From Zygnema circumcarinatum SAG 698-1b (taxonomy: Eukaryota; Plantae; Zygnematophyceae): a stretch of 64,000 nt of DNA. Below are positions 40,562 to 52,300 of the stretch, in pieces. The stretch spans positions 1,302,001 to 1,366,000 of the forward strand of contig CM074811.1 of assembly GCA_037447605.1 (NCBI GenBank), read 5' to 3'. The notes below the pieces were generated by a model. The model saw nothing but the letters and a program-made list of their open reading frames with translations, was not told where the DNA came from and did no database searches. Both the position numbers and the translations under genes were made by a program. Positions within the stretch are counted from its first letter, which is position 1. The number at the start of each line of letters is the position of its first letter.

Positions 40562-43500
40562 ATGTCATCACTTAGAAATGGTCAAGCCTTAAATTCAAGA
40601 TATTTCGAGTCAAAAGAAACCGTCTGCTCTGATGTCGGAGTATCCTATGCAGCATTTGAGCTTACGACGGTTCCATGGTCAATAAAGTGGGGCAAGCCTC
40701 TATTTGAAGAAGACGCTGATAAGCCAGATCTCTGTTTGGAAGCTTGCTCTGTGCCTTATCTTCGAAGACGACGTGGAATTCAGTTCCTTAGAGCTGCAGC
40801 TGATTCCTTGATCAATAAACTGCCTAAAGGCTGGAATTTCGAGGAAAGTGTTGGAAGTCCACCATTAGAGCAGAGTGAACATTCGCAAGGTGGGGAAATA
40901 GGTAGAGAAGTAGCTTTGCAGACATGGCGGAGGGCGGAGCTTCAAGTTGCATCCTTGTCAAGTGCTCTCCAGGAGCTTCCTAGAAGGGGGGGACAAACTG
41001 CTGAAAATCGGGGAAAGGAAGAACTTCGAGCAATGTTTGACGAGATTGATCAGAATCATGACGGGCAATTGACTGAGGCGGAGATCAGATCATATGCCGC
41101 TAAACGAGGCCTTCCCACAACATATGTGCGCGAGTTTTTGGATCAGGCGCGCTATTCTTGGAGACCTTTGCATATGCCTTGGGAGAATCAAACCCCCATG
41201 GCTTTGGCATCACTGAATTCTTCCTCCAGAAGGGTGAGCTCTTCTGCAACATGTTTGGAGGGCAAGGAAAAGTCGTTTGCAATGCAGAGTGGGACTCAAA
41301 CGATTCCTTGTTGTAATTCATTAGAAGGCATTGCCATTGAAAGCCTTTCACTTATGCATTAGACTAACAGAGTTTACAATGGCTTGTTTCAGCAACCCCG
41401 GCCGTCTTCTGTGGGTGGAAAGTCTGGAGGATTCCGGTGGCCTTTCAGAATACGGCCCTTCTTTGTTGCAGATGATGCTGTTGACTTTGAAGTTTTCAAG
41501 GCATTTGTGGAAGCGAAAGACGATGCTTTAAGAGATTCTTTCAATAAGATCGACCTCAACAAGGATGGAGTGATCACTGTTGCAGAGCTTGAAAAAGGAG
41601 TAAAGGTATGATATAAACTCGTTAATCTCATCTAACGCATATGCCTTGCGTACGGTCAGAAGTCTACAAGGGAAGTGCTCAATTCTCCTTAAGGTTCTTC
41701 GTGAATGTTGTGATTGGTGTCTTTCCTAGGTATGACGCTCTTTGCACATGATAATGGGCTGAAATAGTAATGATGAACTTCAGACGCACGGATGAAGTGT
41801 GTTTCTTCTTGAAACGGCGAAACTCTTATCGTGGAGTCCTTTGTCGAGGTTTATCCGTACCGATGGCTGTCAAATAAACATTCTGAAGTTGTCTACTTGG
41901 GGTTCTGATGGGCTTCAGCAAGTGCGAGTTATGTGCGGTCGAACAGGCGACTACTATCCGGTGAAGCGAGCATGTGTGACAAAAATGATGCGGAAAATGC
42001 AGAAAAGCTTACGTTCAACTGTGTCCTTCCAGGTAAAGGAGCTCCCACTTAGTTTGAACACTTTCACACCCCTCTCTTTATGGCAGCTGCAAAGAGACTT
42101 TCTTTGACTACCTGCACTTACATGCTGTCTTTACTTTCCCATACTCACAGGAATTTCGAGATTTCTTCACACTACTTCCAAGCTCAGAGTACCTTCTAGA
42201 CTATTGGCTTGATGCCAGTTGTTGTGCTCCCGGTCTTGACTATGGCAGCAATGTGCAGCTGCTTACAAGGGTGCAAGACTCATCTCGAAGTTATGCTCGG
42301 GGAGGCTCAAGCGGGAGTCCATGGAGTCACCTTTTGGCGGGAGGACTTGCAGGAGCGATCTCAAGAACAGTAACTGCCCCTCTTGAAACACTAAGGCTGA
42401 GAATGATGCTCTCTCCATCACAGAACCTGGGGACAGTCTCAAAGGTGCGTTCCTTTCTAGGAGGTGGATTCCTTATTCACATGATAGAAGGTCCTGCAGC
42501 CCTTTCCTTGTCTATCTCTCCAGAGTCACTGTATCATAGCAGCATTTTTCTTTCCTTTACACCTCACAGGGCCCTCACTTGAGGAGGGACGTGAGGTTTG
42601 AGCTGTATCTCTACCGCTCCCTCTTCCTGTGTCGTCTTTCTTCCTTCCTCATGTGTATCTCAAGCATATTTCTGAATGATCTCCATGAAGATGTTTTGCG
42701 ACTTGCATCCATGACGTAACGTGGAACCCCAGGATAGCAATTTCAGTACATCTCCAAGCTTTTATTCTCAAACGAATGTGGTGACTATGTATAGTTGAGG
42801 AGGAAGGTAACGGAGGTGATGGTGAAATGAATATTCTTTCGACTGAAGGCATTTACGTGCACATTCCTGGCAGGCGCTTCTTCGCACTGAAGGATGGCGT
42901 GCCTTCTTCAGGGGCAATTTCACCAATGTAAGACGTTCGACTGGCTATGCTGTCCCCCCTTCAGAAACATTACCGCAGAATTCTTGTGAAGTTGTTCTAA
43001 TTCACCTCTTTGCTGCAGGTGTTACGGTCAGCCCCACAAAAGTCAATCGATTTTTTTGCCTTTGAGGCCTACAAAGCCTTTCTGAGAGGCAAGAATAACC
43101 GCCAAGTGAGTGAGCCCTTGAAATGTGTTGATCTTTTTTTCGGTTCATGCTGGGGGGCCATCCTTTGACTCTGACATCGACATTTTGGATTGTTCTCTGA
43201 TCCTCTCTCTTCTATCATCCCCTTCTTTACACAGTCTCGACAAACTGAAAGCTTGCATATGATAGCTGCCGGAGCCATGGCTGGTGCAACTTCGACTCTC
43301 ATACTTTACCCACTGGATGTTGTAAGGAGTCGGCTTACTGTGCAAAGTAGCCAACAGGTGGGCTTTCCTCCCATTTTTTTCTCTTTTTAGGAAACAATTT
43401 GCATTTATATGGAAGTTTTTAGGTCTGGTGAGTTGAGATTGTTGCTCTTATATCTATGAATGCACCAGTCTTGCCGCCGAACCTAAACTCTCATCCTTCC

Positions 43501-44574
43501 GTTGCAGTACAAAGGAATTTTGGATGCATTGACAAAGATTCCACGCCAGGAGGGCTTCTTCGCGCTTTACCGAGGTACATAAATTCAGCCAAATGTTTTT
43601 TTTTTGGACAAGTATTGCTCCATCCAGCATTCACGTAGCATGAAAGCATGATTTTCTCGAGGAGACGAGCTTGATTTTGAATTAAAAGATTGGAAGGAAT
43701 TAGGATACTTGCTTATTTGCTGAAGTTTGGGAACAGGTTTGGGCTTGAGCATTCTTTCTATCATCCCAGAAGCTGCCATCACATACGGTTGCTTTGATGT
43801 GCTCAAGAGCACATATAAGCAAGTGATGAAGCAGGAACAAGTGGGAGTGGTGCCTGCCCTTGTGTGTGGTGTGACGTCAGCTTTTACCGGTATGCACTTT
43901 CCCCTCTCATCACCTTCACTGTCCTTACGCATTCCTTCCACTTATTCCTCACACTCGGCTTGCCTTCTCTCAAGGCTTCCAGCTTTTCATTTGCAGAAGA
44001 AAATTTTCTGCATTGCCAGTGCTTGCTTGAGTTGCGAGCTTGCACTCAATCCTGCCCATTTCCGTCTGTGGCATGCATCAGGATTGTCAGTGGGGTTGAG
44101 CCACTTCAATTGTTAGAATCATCTGCACTAATATAGCTATGGGAGTTTTAAGCATCCCTATTTGTAATTGCTGCCTTTTTTTGACGACGTGCACGACTGA
44201 AGCTTGATGAGCTTCTCTTCCTGCGGTTCTCTGTGCTGGCAGGGCAATTGGTAGCATATCCTTTGGAGCTGGTAGCAAGGCGCTGGCAAGTGGGAGGTGC
44301 AGCTGTGTACAGAGGCATAGGGGATGCATTCAAGCAGATCATTGCGAAGGAAGGGTTTCAGGGGCTGTACCGAGGCATTGTACCAGCATCCCTGAAAGTT
44401 GTGCCTATGGCAATTGTCAGTTTTGGAGTATATGAAGGAGCAAAGCAGGTGCTGGTACAGTTCTCAGAGTGGGAGGAGAGGAGACAGTTGGAGGAGGCTT
44501 TGCTGGAGGAAGAGAGAAGAATGCGAACAGTGACACACTATCTCCCCCCAAATAGGGAGACGATGGAAGGGTGA
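40562..44574 (+). CDS. EF-hand-containing mitochondrial carrier (ATP-Mg/Pi carrier, SCaMC/APC-like)
   Basis: EF hands FDEIDQNHDGQLTEAE and FNKIDLNKDGVITVAE; three carrier repeats (PLETLRLRM, PLDVVRSRL, PLELVARRW) with EG..G/A.(Y/F)RG motifs. Confidence 0.85.
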
Positions 44575-44777
44575 CGCACTACTGGTGCCGCTCGGTCTCA
44601 CTGCGACGTGTCTTGAAGCCATCGTATGTTATATTCTCATCAATGTAGGATCGAATTATAAATCTGTCGATTAATTTCAGTTTATTCTTGCACTTGACCG
44701 GAACATCGTTCAACGCACCACCTTTGGCGCGAAGTTTCAAGGGACGGTTATGATATTACGTGCAAATAATTTTACGA

Positions 44778-45923
44778 CATTGCAGCAGCCCCCTCTCCTC
44801 CCACAAATCCTCCGCCTTTAGCGGTCCCCTTCATTTCTCCAAGAGAACTTCTAGCAGTGCAGGATTCAATGCCCGTTTTTATTGATAGAACCAAGCCGGC
44901 TCCATCTACAGAAAAATGTTTCATTGCAACAGCCGCTTCGGCTGGATACTTTCATGGACGAGTGGGATACGCCTTCAAGTGCAAGTCGTAGTGGTTTGAA
45001 TCTTTTAGCAAGAGGGTTACATAGAAAACATTCTATGGAGAATAGAAGGTTGTCAATGAAGTGCCAGTGGAACCATGTGTTTCAAACAACTGGGCTTTCT
45101 TTTGGATGCGAGCACGAGAACGACAAATAATGAATCAGTTTGAGTATAGCTTTGAGGTGTCACGATTTTGTGAGGCTTTTTAGTAGGAGTCAATATACCG
45201 TTCCAAATCTCCCTTTGTCAAGCCAATTTCCAAATGTTACCCTGAACACATCAACTTCAAGAGTGATAGTAAAAGAGTCTTTTTCATTGATAAGTAGTTT
45301 GATGCAAAGCAAGTTGGAGTTATGCCAAAAGCGGGGTTGGAGTTTTTCTGTCACCCTTGTGGCCCGAGCCATTGCCCAAGGGTCTTCTCTGCCATTCTTT
45401 TGTTTTTTTTTATTTTGTATGAGTCGTTATTCTTTAGCTTTTGTTTGGGTTGTTTTGTTTGCTTTTTCCTTCTCCTTTTTGCTTTTTTTGCCTTTTGCTC
45501 TTTTTTCCCCTCTTTTTCACTCTTCAATTGTTAATTTTTAGCGTTGGACATGCTTGCTGTCTATGCAGAATATCCTATGGAGAACCTTCACTTATAACCC
45601 AAGTAAATAGTTACCACGATGTTCGTTTTTGTACATAAAGTCAATTCAAATTTGTGACAAACCAATAACTATTGCTGACAACCATAGATAGTTGGTATCT
45701 TTATGAATAAATATAGGAATGTGTAACCAGTGTCCCTATAAATTTCAGCGATTAAAGTTAGTTGTACAAATCAGTATAACAGTTTTATTTCTTATTGCCA
45801 AAATGTTAACTCGCCAAAAATGTTGAAAAGCAGGTTCGCATTAGAAGGTGCTGTTTTTGGGAACGACTGGACTATGATTGAAAAAAGAGTTGCAGGGGAC
45901 GAAAAAAGAAGGATGCAAAGCAT
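44778..45923 (+). pseudogene. Inverted partial duplicate of the Dicer-like 3' end (part of penultimate exon, last intron, part of last exon)
   Basis: Colinear with the reverse complement of 46416-47771 (e.g. [25 protein letters not shown]). Has an internal deletion of ~190 bp, frameshifts and an altered splice donor. Confidence 0.92.
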
Positions 45924-46099
45924 ACGAGTAACAAGTCATATGATACCTTTTGATCCACAAGGGTGATCTTCTTTTGGTTGAACTCTCGTGAAAACTTTCC
46001 CTTTGGCAATCCAAACCCATCAACTTCAAGATTGGAGTCTTCTCCTTCCCTTTTTTTGTCTATACATTTGATAAGGTTTATTTCTAGATTGCTACAATT

Positions 46100-46179
46100 G
46101 ACAATGTTGTATCACCATATGAGAGCACAACAATAATGAGACAATGTTGTATCACCATATGAGAGCACAACAATAATGA
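46100..46179. repeat. Perfect 40-bp tandem duplication in the spacer of the inverted repeat
   Basis: GACAATGTTGTATCACCATATGAGAGCACAACAATAATGA twice. Confidence 0.9.
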
Positions 46180-46358
46180 ACACTGCGTGACTAACGAAAC
46201 TTATACAAAATTCAACTATTGAGTATATGTACAAACCGACAAAACAAATGCTGACTTTTTCCCCTCTCTCTCCCCCTTCTCTCCCTCTCCCTCAAATTAA
46301 CACAAACGAGAACCTAATCCCCCACACCTTGGAAAAAAAATCTGACTACAAAATTTGG

Positions 46359-49300
46359 TCAATTCATGATTTCACCTCGTTCTTTCAGTTTGCGAAGTAT
46401 GTCTGCAGCAACAGCATGCTTTGCCTCCTTCTTTTTTCGTCCACTGCCAACTCCTTTTTCAATCACAGTCCGGTCGTTCCCAAAAACAACACCTTCCAAT
46501 TCAAACCTGCTTTTCAACATTTTTGGAGAGTTAAAATTTTGGCAATAAAAATAAGACTGCTATACTGATCTGTTCAACTAACTTCTAATCGCTGGGATTC
46601 ATTGGGATTCATAGGGACACGGGTCATACATTTCTACATGATTGATTTCATAAAGATACCAAACATCTACGACTGTCAACAGTACTTATTGGTTTCTCAC
46701 AAAAAATAATTGACGTCATGTATAAAAACGAACATCGTGGTACTATCCACTTGTGTTAAAAGTAAGAAATTTCCATACGATATTTTGCATACACAACAAG
46801 CATATCCAACGCTAAAAATTAACAACCAAAGTGTTAAAAAAAGAGAAAAAAAACAAAGGACAAAAAAAAGGAACGAAAAAAAAGCAAACAAAACAACCCA
46901 AACGAAAGCTAAAGAATAACGAGTCATACAAAACCAAAACAAAAACAAAAGAATGGCAGTGAAAACATACCTGGGGCAATGACTCGGGCCACTTTGCTCC
47001 TCATGGGTGACAAAAAACCTCCAACACCTCCTTTGGCATAACTCCTCCAACTCACTTTGCATCAAACTATTCGTCAATGAAATAGATTCTTTTTCTACCA
47101 CTCTTGAAGTCGATGTGTTCGGGGCAGCATTTTGAAGTTGGCATGGCCAAGGGAGACTTGGAACAATATACTTACTCCTACTAAAGGCCTCACAAAATCG
47201 TGACACCTCAGAGTTAGACTCAAATTGATTCATTGGTTGTTGTTCTCGTGCCCCCATCCAAGGGAAAGCCCTCAAGTTGTTTGAAACACATGGTTCCATT
47301 GGCACTTCATTGACAACCTTCTCCGTAAAATGCTTTCTACGTAACCCTCTTGCTAAAAGATTCAAACCACTATGACTTGCACTTGAAGGCGTATCCCACT
47401 CGTCCATGAAAGTATCTAGTCGAAGGGGTATAGGAAGATAGTCCACTAGAGGACTCGTAAAAGGAGGAGAGGTTGGTGCAATGAAATCGTTTTCTATAGG
47501 CGCAGTACGCTTGGTTGCTCGCATAAAAGCGACTATTGAATCCTGCCCAGTTAGAACTTCGCTTGCAAAAGGCAAGGAAACTGTTAAAGGTTGAGGATTT
47601 GTAGGAGGGGAAGTGGTTGTTGCAATGAAACATTTTTCTGTAGGTGGAACCGGCATGGTTCTATCAATAAAAGCGGGCATTGAATCCTGCACTGCTAGAA
47701 GTTCTCTTGGAGGAGTGAAGGGGACCGCTAAAGGCAAAGGATTTGTGGGAGGAGAAGGGGCTGCTGGAATGAAATCCTTTCCTGTAGGTGGAGCAGGCCT
47801 CTTCTTTACCAATTGTATATCTTCCTTCACAACTTGTTCACCCACTTTCTCGGCTCCATCTTCCAGAACATTCAACTGGAATTGTCCTCCTACATGTTTT
47901 CCTGTTTTGCTCGTTTCAACGATCTCTATATCCATCTTTGTCTCACCTTCGACCTGCACCACCTTTCCTTCCTACAAGCCAGCTAACAATGTAATGTTAA
48001 GGACAACGTCTTTGCAAGTATGAATACCAGAGAGCTTTAGTTCATCCATATTACAACATTGATTGATACAACATTGATTTTTTTGCATTTGTGCAACAAA
48101 GGACACATGTACAACTTCAATATTCTAGCCAATGGTACACGTACAGAATTGGAAACTCACATTCAATGCCTTCAGTGCCTTAGCTGAAGCCATCTTTATG
48201 CCTGCATCCTTCCGTCTTTGCTCCACCTCCCCCATACAGTGCCCATTTACCAGCGCTTCCACCTGATACCCTGCACTCAATATCTTGACCTCGAAGACAA
48301 GAGTCCATTTACGCGCTTGGCATAATTCTAGAAGTTGTCTCCTTGGATGTTGTTTCAGGGTATTTACAGTCGGAAATGGCTCGAAGAATTTATTGAGATG
48401 ATTCCACACTAAAGAGAAGTCAAAGCAAGAGTCAACCAACATCGCTCCGGCCAAGGCTTCCAGAAGATCTCCCAAGACCTGCGAAAAGGCAGGAAACCAA
48501 GGGAATAACATAGTCAAACATAGTTGGAAAATCTCCCTCTTCCTCCCACCCCTCTGTCCATCCCTCTCTGATAAGGGTTAAAAAAGTAGCGTGCAAAACC
48601 ATCCTTAAGAGTGTTCGCATGTAGCCAACAATTTTACCTTTGGCGCTTCATTTTCTCCATCTTCAAAGGAGAGCTCAGACCGTTCATGCCCTTTACGCTG
48701 CAATTCTGCCTTCTGTCTGTTCACGAAATATTCAATGCTCTCCCTCAAGCTTTGTGAACTGTACTGCAAATACTCCTGCAGCTCCAACTGTGGTTTGAGT
48801 GCAATCAGAGCAAAGCTATTATTGTTCACAGAGGCTGAACGAAGGTCGGTCAGACTGCCCGGGGACAGGTCGGGATTTGTCATCTCCAAATGCTGGGTGA
48901 CAGCAAGGTCCAAAAATGCATCTCCAAGGAACTCAAGTCTCTGCCACAACACCACATGAAAAAGGCAGAAATCAAAAAAAGAGAAAAAAAAAGCAGCAAT
49001 TAACACATAATGACTGGTATACACTGAGCCGCATACCTTTCTATTGCTTTTTCAAATGCATATGGAATTGCACGCAAAAAGTTTGTTCCTCGAACCTCAT
49101 AGCAACGCGTATATGATTGCATGTCTTGAAAAGAAGCATGCGTGAAAGCCTCCGCCAAAAGCTCCTTATTTTTGAAGGTATAACCTAATGTGCATTGGAG
49201 CTTATCCAAACAATTTAGCTTTTCAGCCATCGCCTCTCCCTGCTTCTTTCCACTCTGCCAAACATATTCGTTCCCAACCTTCGCCAACTCTACAGGGATG

Positions 49301-52300
49301 CCCACCCATTCCATGAGCAAAAGACCACCTTCAAGTCCAATCTCTGATTTCAACTCTTGCCAATACACTCCAATCAATGCTTCCACCATGTCTGCAATGG
49401 CCTTCATAAGGACTCGATTCCTTTTTTTTTTCTTCTTTTCAGGATCAACTATTTTCTTCTTAACCTCCACCTCGCCATCTATGTCCATACTCATTCTTTC
49501 CGTTACTTTCCCTTCCGTTACCTCGTCCTTCATTGAGTCAAACGCTTCTTTCTCAAGAGTTTCAATTGAAGACTTTTGGGGCAGCTCTTGTTCTACCTGA
49601 GTTTCTATATCTTTCTCCAAGTCTCTAAACCTTCCACTTCTATTGTGGCTGCATTCATTAGAAGAGAGAGGAAGTCCCGGAGCTGCCCAATCTTCAACAG
49701 TAAAATGGGTAACTCGGAGATAATTCTGCCCAAGGATCAATCACACGAACACACGACCACATGACATCATTCATATATTCCATTTTTCCATACAATTTAT
49801 GAAAAGGAGTCTCAAATGTTTTGTAGGTCAAGGCCAAAAGCATACCTGAAGTCCTTTATTAAGGGCATGCAGACAAAGAGTTACGTTGCACACTTCTTGC
49901 GAACGCTTCTTAGTTAAGAGGCCTTCGTGATCCTCAGGATTTGAGTGAAAAAAGTGACATGTAACACCATATTTCAACACTGTGTCTCCAAGGAACTCGT
50001 GCCTCTCTAGGTTGAATTCATCATGGCATTCAGCAGATGTCAAAGCCTCCATCACCTACACAAAGCCCATGAAATCCCTCAATATATCTCCACAACAAGA
50101 AAGAACATTCGCCTGTAAGTCTATGATGCTTCTCCACCCATTAACAAAAGCCTCAGATGACATTAAAAAAACCAACTATCTAATTGATTTGCAGACATTT
50201 ATCTAAAGTCATTTGAGAAAGCTAACAATGCATTTGATGAAATGCAGGCTTCTTCATATAATACAAGACATTACCTTGCATCCTCTCACAGTCTTCAAAA
50301 TGGGTTTCTCCATCTCGTCAGCGATACGATCCCTCAGCTCACAAGCTCCCTGCAGCATCTCTACGCGATGCATGACAGATGGCAGAATCTGAGCGGCTCG
50401 AAAGTATGGGCTCGGAGCAACCAGCCAACAGAGTTCAGGAGGAATTTCTGCGAATGCCCTCTCAGATAAAGGCTTCTCTGAAAGTTCCACTTCTGTTTTG
50501 CAACACCGACAACAAAACAAAGCATCAGATGTGAAGCGGATGTAACGTTTATAAGTTGATTTGGTTCCATGGTAGATGATCAAAATATATGTTTACATTC
50601 GTGCCAATTACGCGCAATTATCTATTAGCTTGTTGTGATGCAAATTGAAGGACAATAAATAAAGATTCTGGCAGATCTACCACTTCTTCTTCTTCACATC
50701 TTCCCTTCCCCCTTCGCCCTCACTCCCATTTCCCACTCTCATTTCCTTCCATGTGTCTTTCAGCTGATAAAGTTAATATACAGAAAATTGAAAACAAAAA
50801 AGCGATCAAACATGTATTCTGAAAAAAATTGGAATGTGATACATGCCTATTGTAGAAGGATGGACAAGGCTGCTCCGTGCTTTGGTGACCCGCCGCACTG
50901 AGAGCATTGGCTGCTTTGGAAACTTAAGCTGCCAGTTGTGCCTTTCACAAGCAACGAGTAGCAATTACAAACATTAGCTGGCTAAAAGCATAGAACTTGA
51001 TTGTTTACTAGTTATGTCGAAGCAAGGACAAGGTAAAGAGAGCGGAAAGGGGAACGAGACAATTGCACCATTGCAATGCAAGACAAGGAACTTACTTTTT
51101 ATAGAAATACTCTTCGTAACTTTTGTATTTCGAGTCTGGAAATGGACTCTCAGCTGTTAGATCTGTCCTCACAGCGTCAATATAATATTGACATCGATTA
51201 TGAATCGCATTTCCAGTCATCCCAATGATTTCTTCTACTGCCATTGAACCCATGGCAGTAATGAGGCGACCTTCACCTTCACTCTCTTTCACTTGAGCCA
51301 TGGCATTTTTTATTTGCTCTACAAATCCTTCTTTCCTTGCTTTCGAAAATATATCGATCGCAGATTCAACAACGCTCCAATCGACATCAATACCAGTGCC
51401 TGAAAGCTCATTCTTAGTGACCAAAGGGAGCAAGCAATATGCTCGCTCGCTATTCCAAAGAGTCTGACAAACAAGACCATTGGCAACAGTTGGCGGAATG
51501 GAAGTTTGAAAAGAAGTTTCAGAAGGACAAGCACAGCGTGTACAACGCAGAAGAGCTTCACAAAAGAACTCGGAATGAAATGCCTTTGCACATTCGACCT
51601 GGAGAAAGTAAAAAAAACGAAAAAAAAAGAAAGAGCATACTTTTAGAAGCGTGCAATCCAGAATGGCCTCCTCATTATCTTTTAGATGATTCGGTAATGT
51701 TCCATCAATTTCAGTACAGAAAAGAAAAACGGTACAAAAAAAGTACTGAAACGACTCTCAAGAAGCTAATGCAAGCCTTCCGATTACAGGCACCATCTGT
51801 TATTTGCCATCCAAATGCAAAACCCACCTGTCGCTTATCCATTGAGACCGTCCCACATGGCGTCAAGGTAGCCCTCCCACTCCCTCCGTAGGGGAGGGAG
51901 AGTCTAAGAGATGTAGAGGCTGCCTCGGGATCAAGCATCACCTCAGTGAATAGCCCCATCAATCCAATATCCCTCGTGGTCCAACTTGATGGACTCGTCC
52001 TTTCAACGTTGATACTGATGGAATACACAAATAGGTGCAGGATGTCCTCTGACACAGATCGTAAACCATTTGAAGTTCCCTGTAGAGCTCGCGGCACCAA
52101 GACTTTCAATTCCACGATTTTGGGGATCACTGCAGGTCAAAATAAAACCAAGATTCAATAAATGAACCGTTACGGATGACAACGAGCCTTTACTTCCACA
52201 GATTTCTGCAGACCAGCTTCAAAGCTCAATGGGTTTGCTCCAAACAAGAAAGTGGGAAGGGCGGCCATAGTTAGCAGACGAGCCAAAACCCACCATCGAC

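Noticed and set aside
46100-46179. 40-bp direct repeats as a CRISPR-like array
   Set aside because: Only two abutting copies, no spacers, eukaryotic context.
46507-46969. Hydrophobic, TM-like tail of ORF 46697-47962 suggesting a membrane-anchored Dicer
   Set aside because: Read-through into a T-rich intron; splicing to 46506 completes a normal dsRBD. Intron retention cannot be excluded without RNA data.
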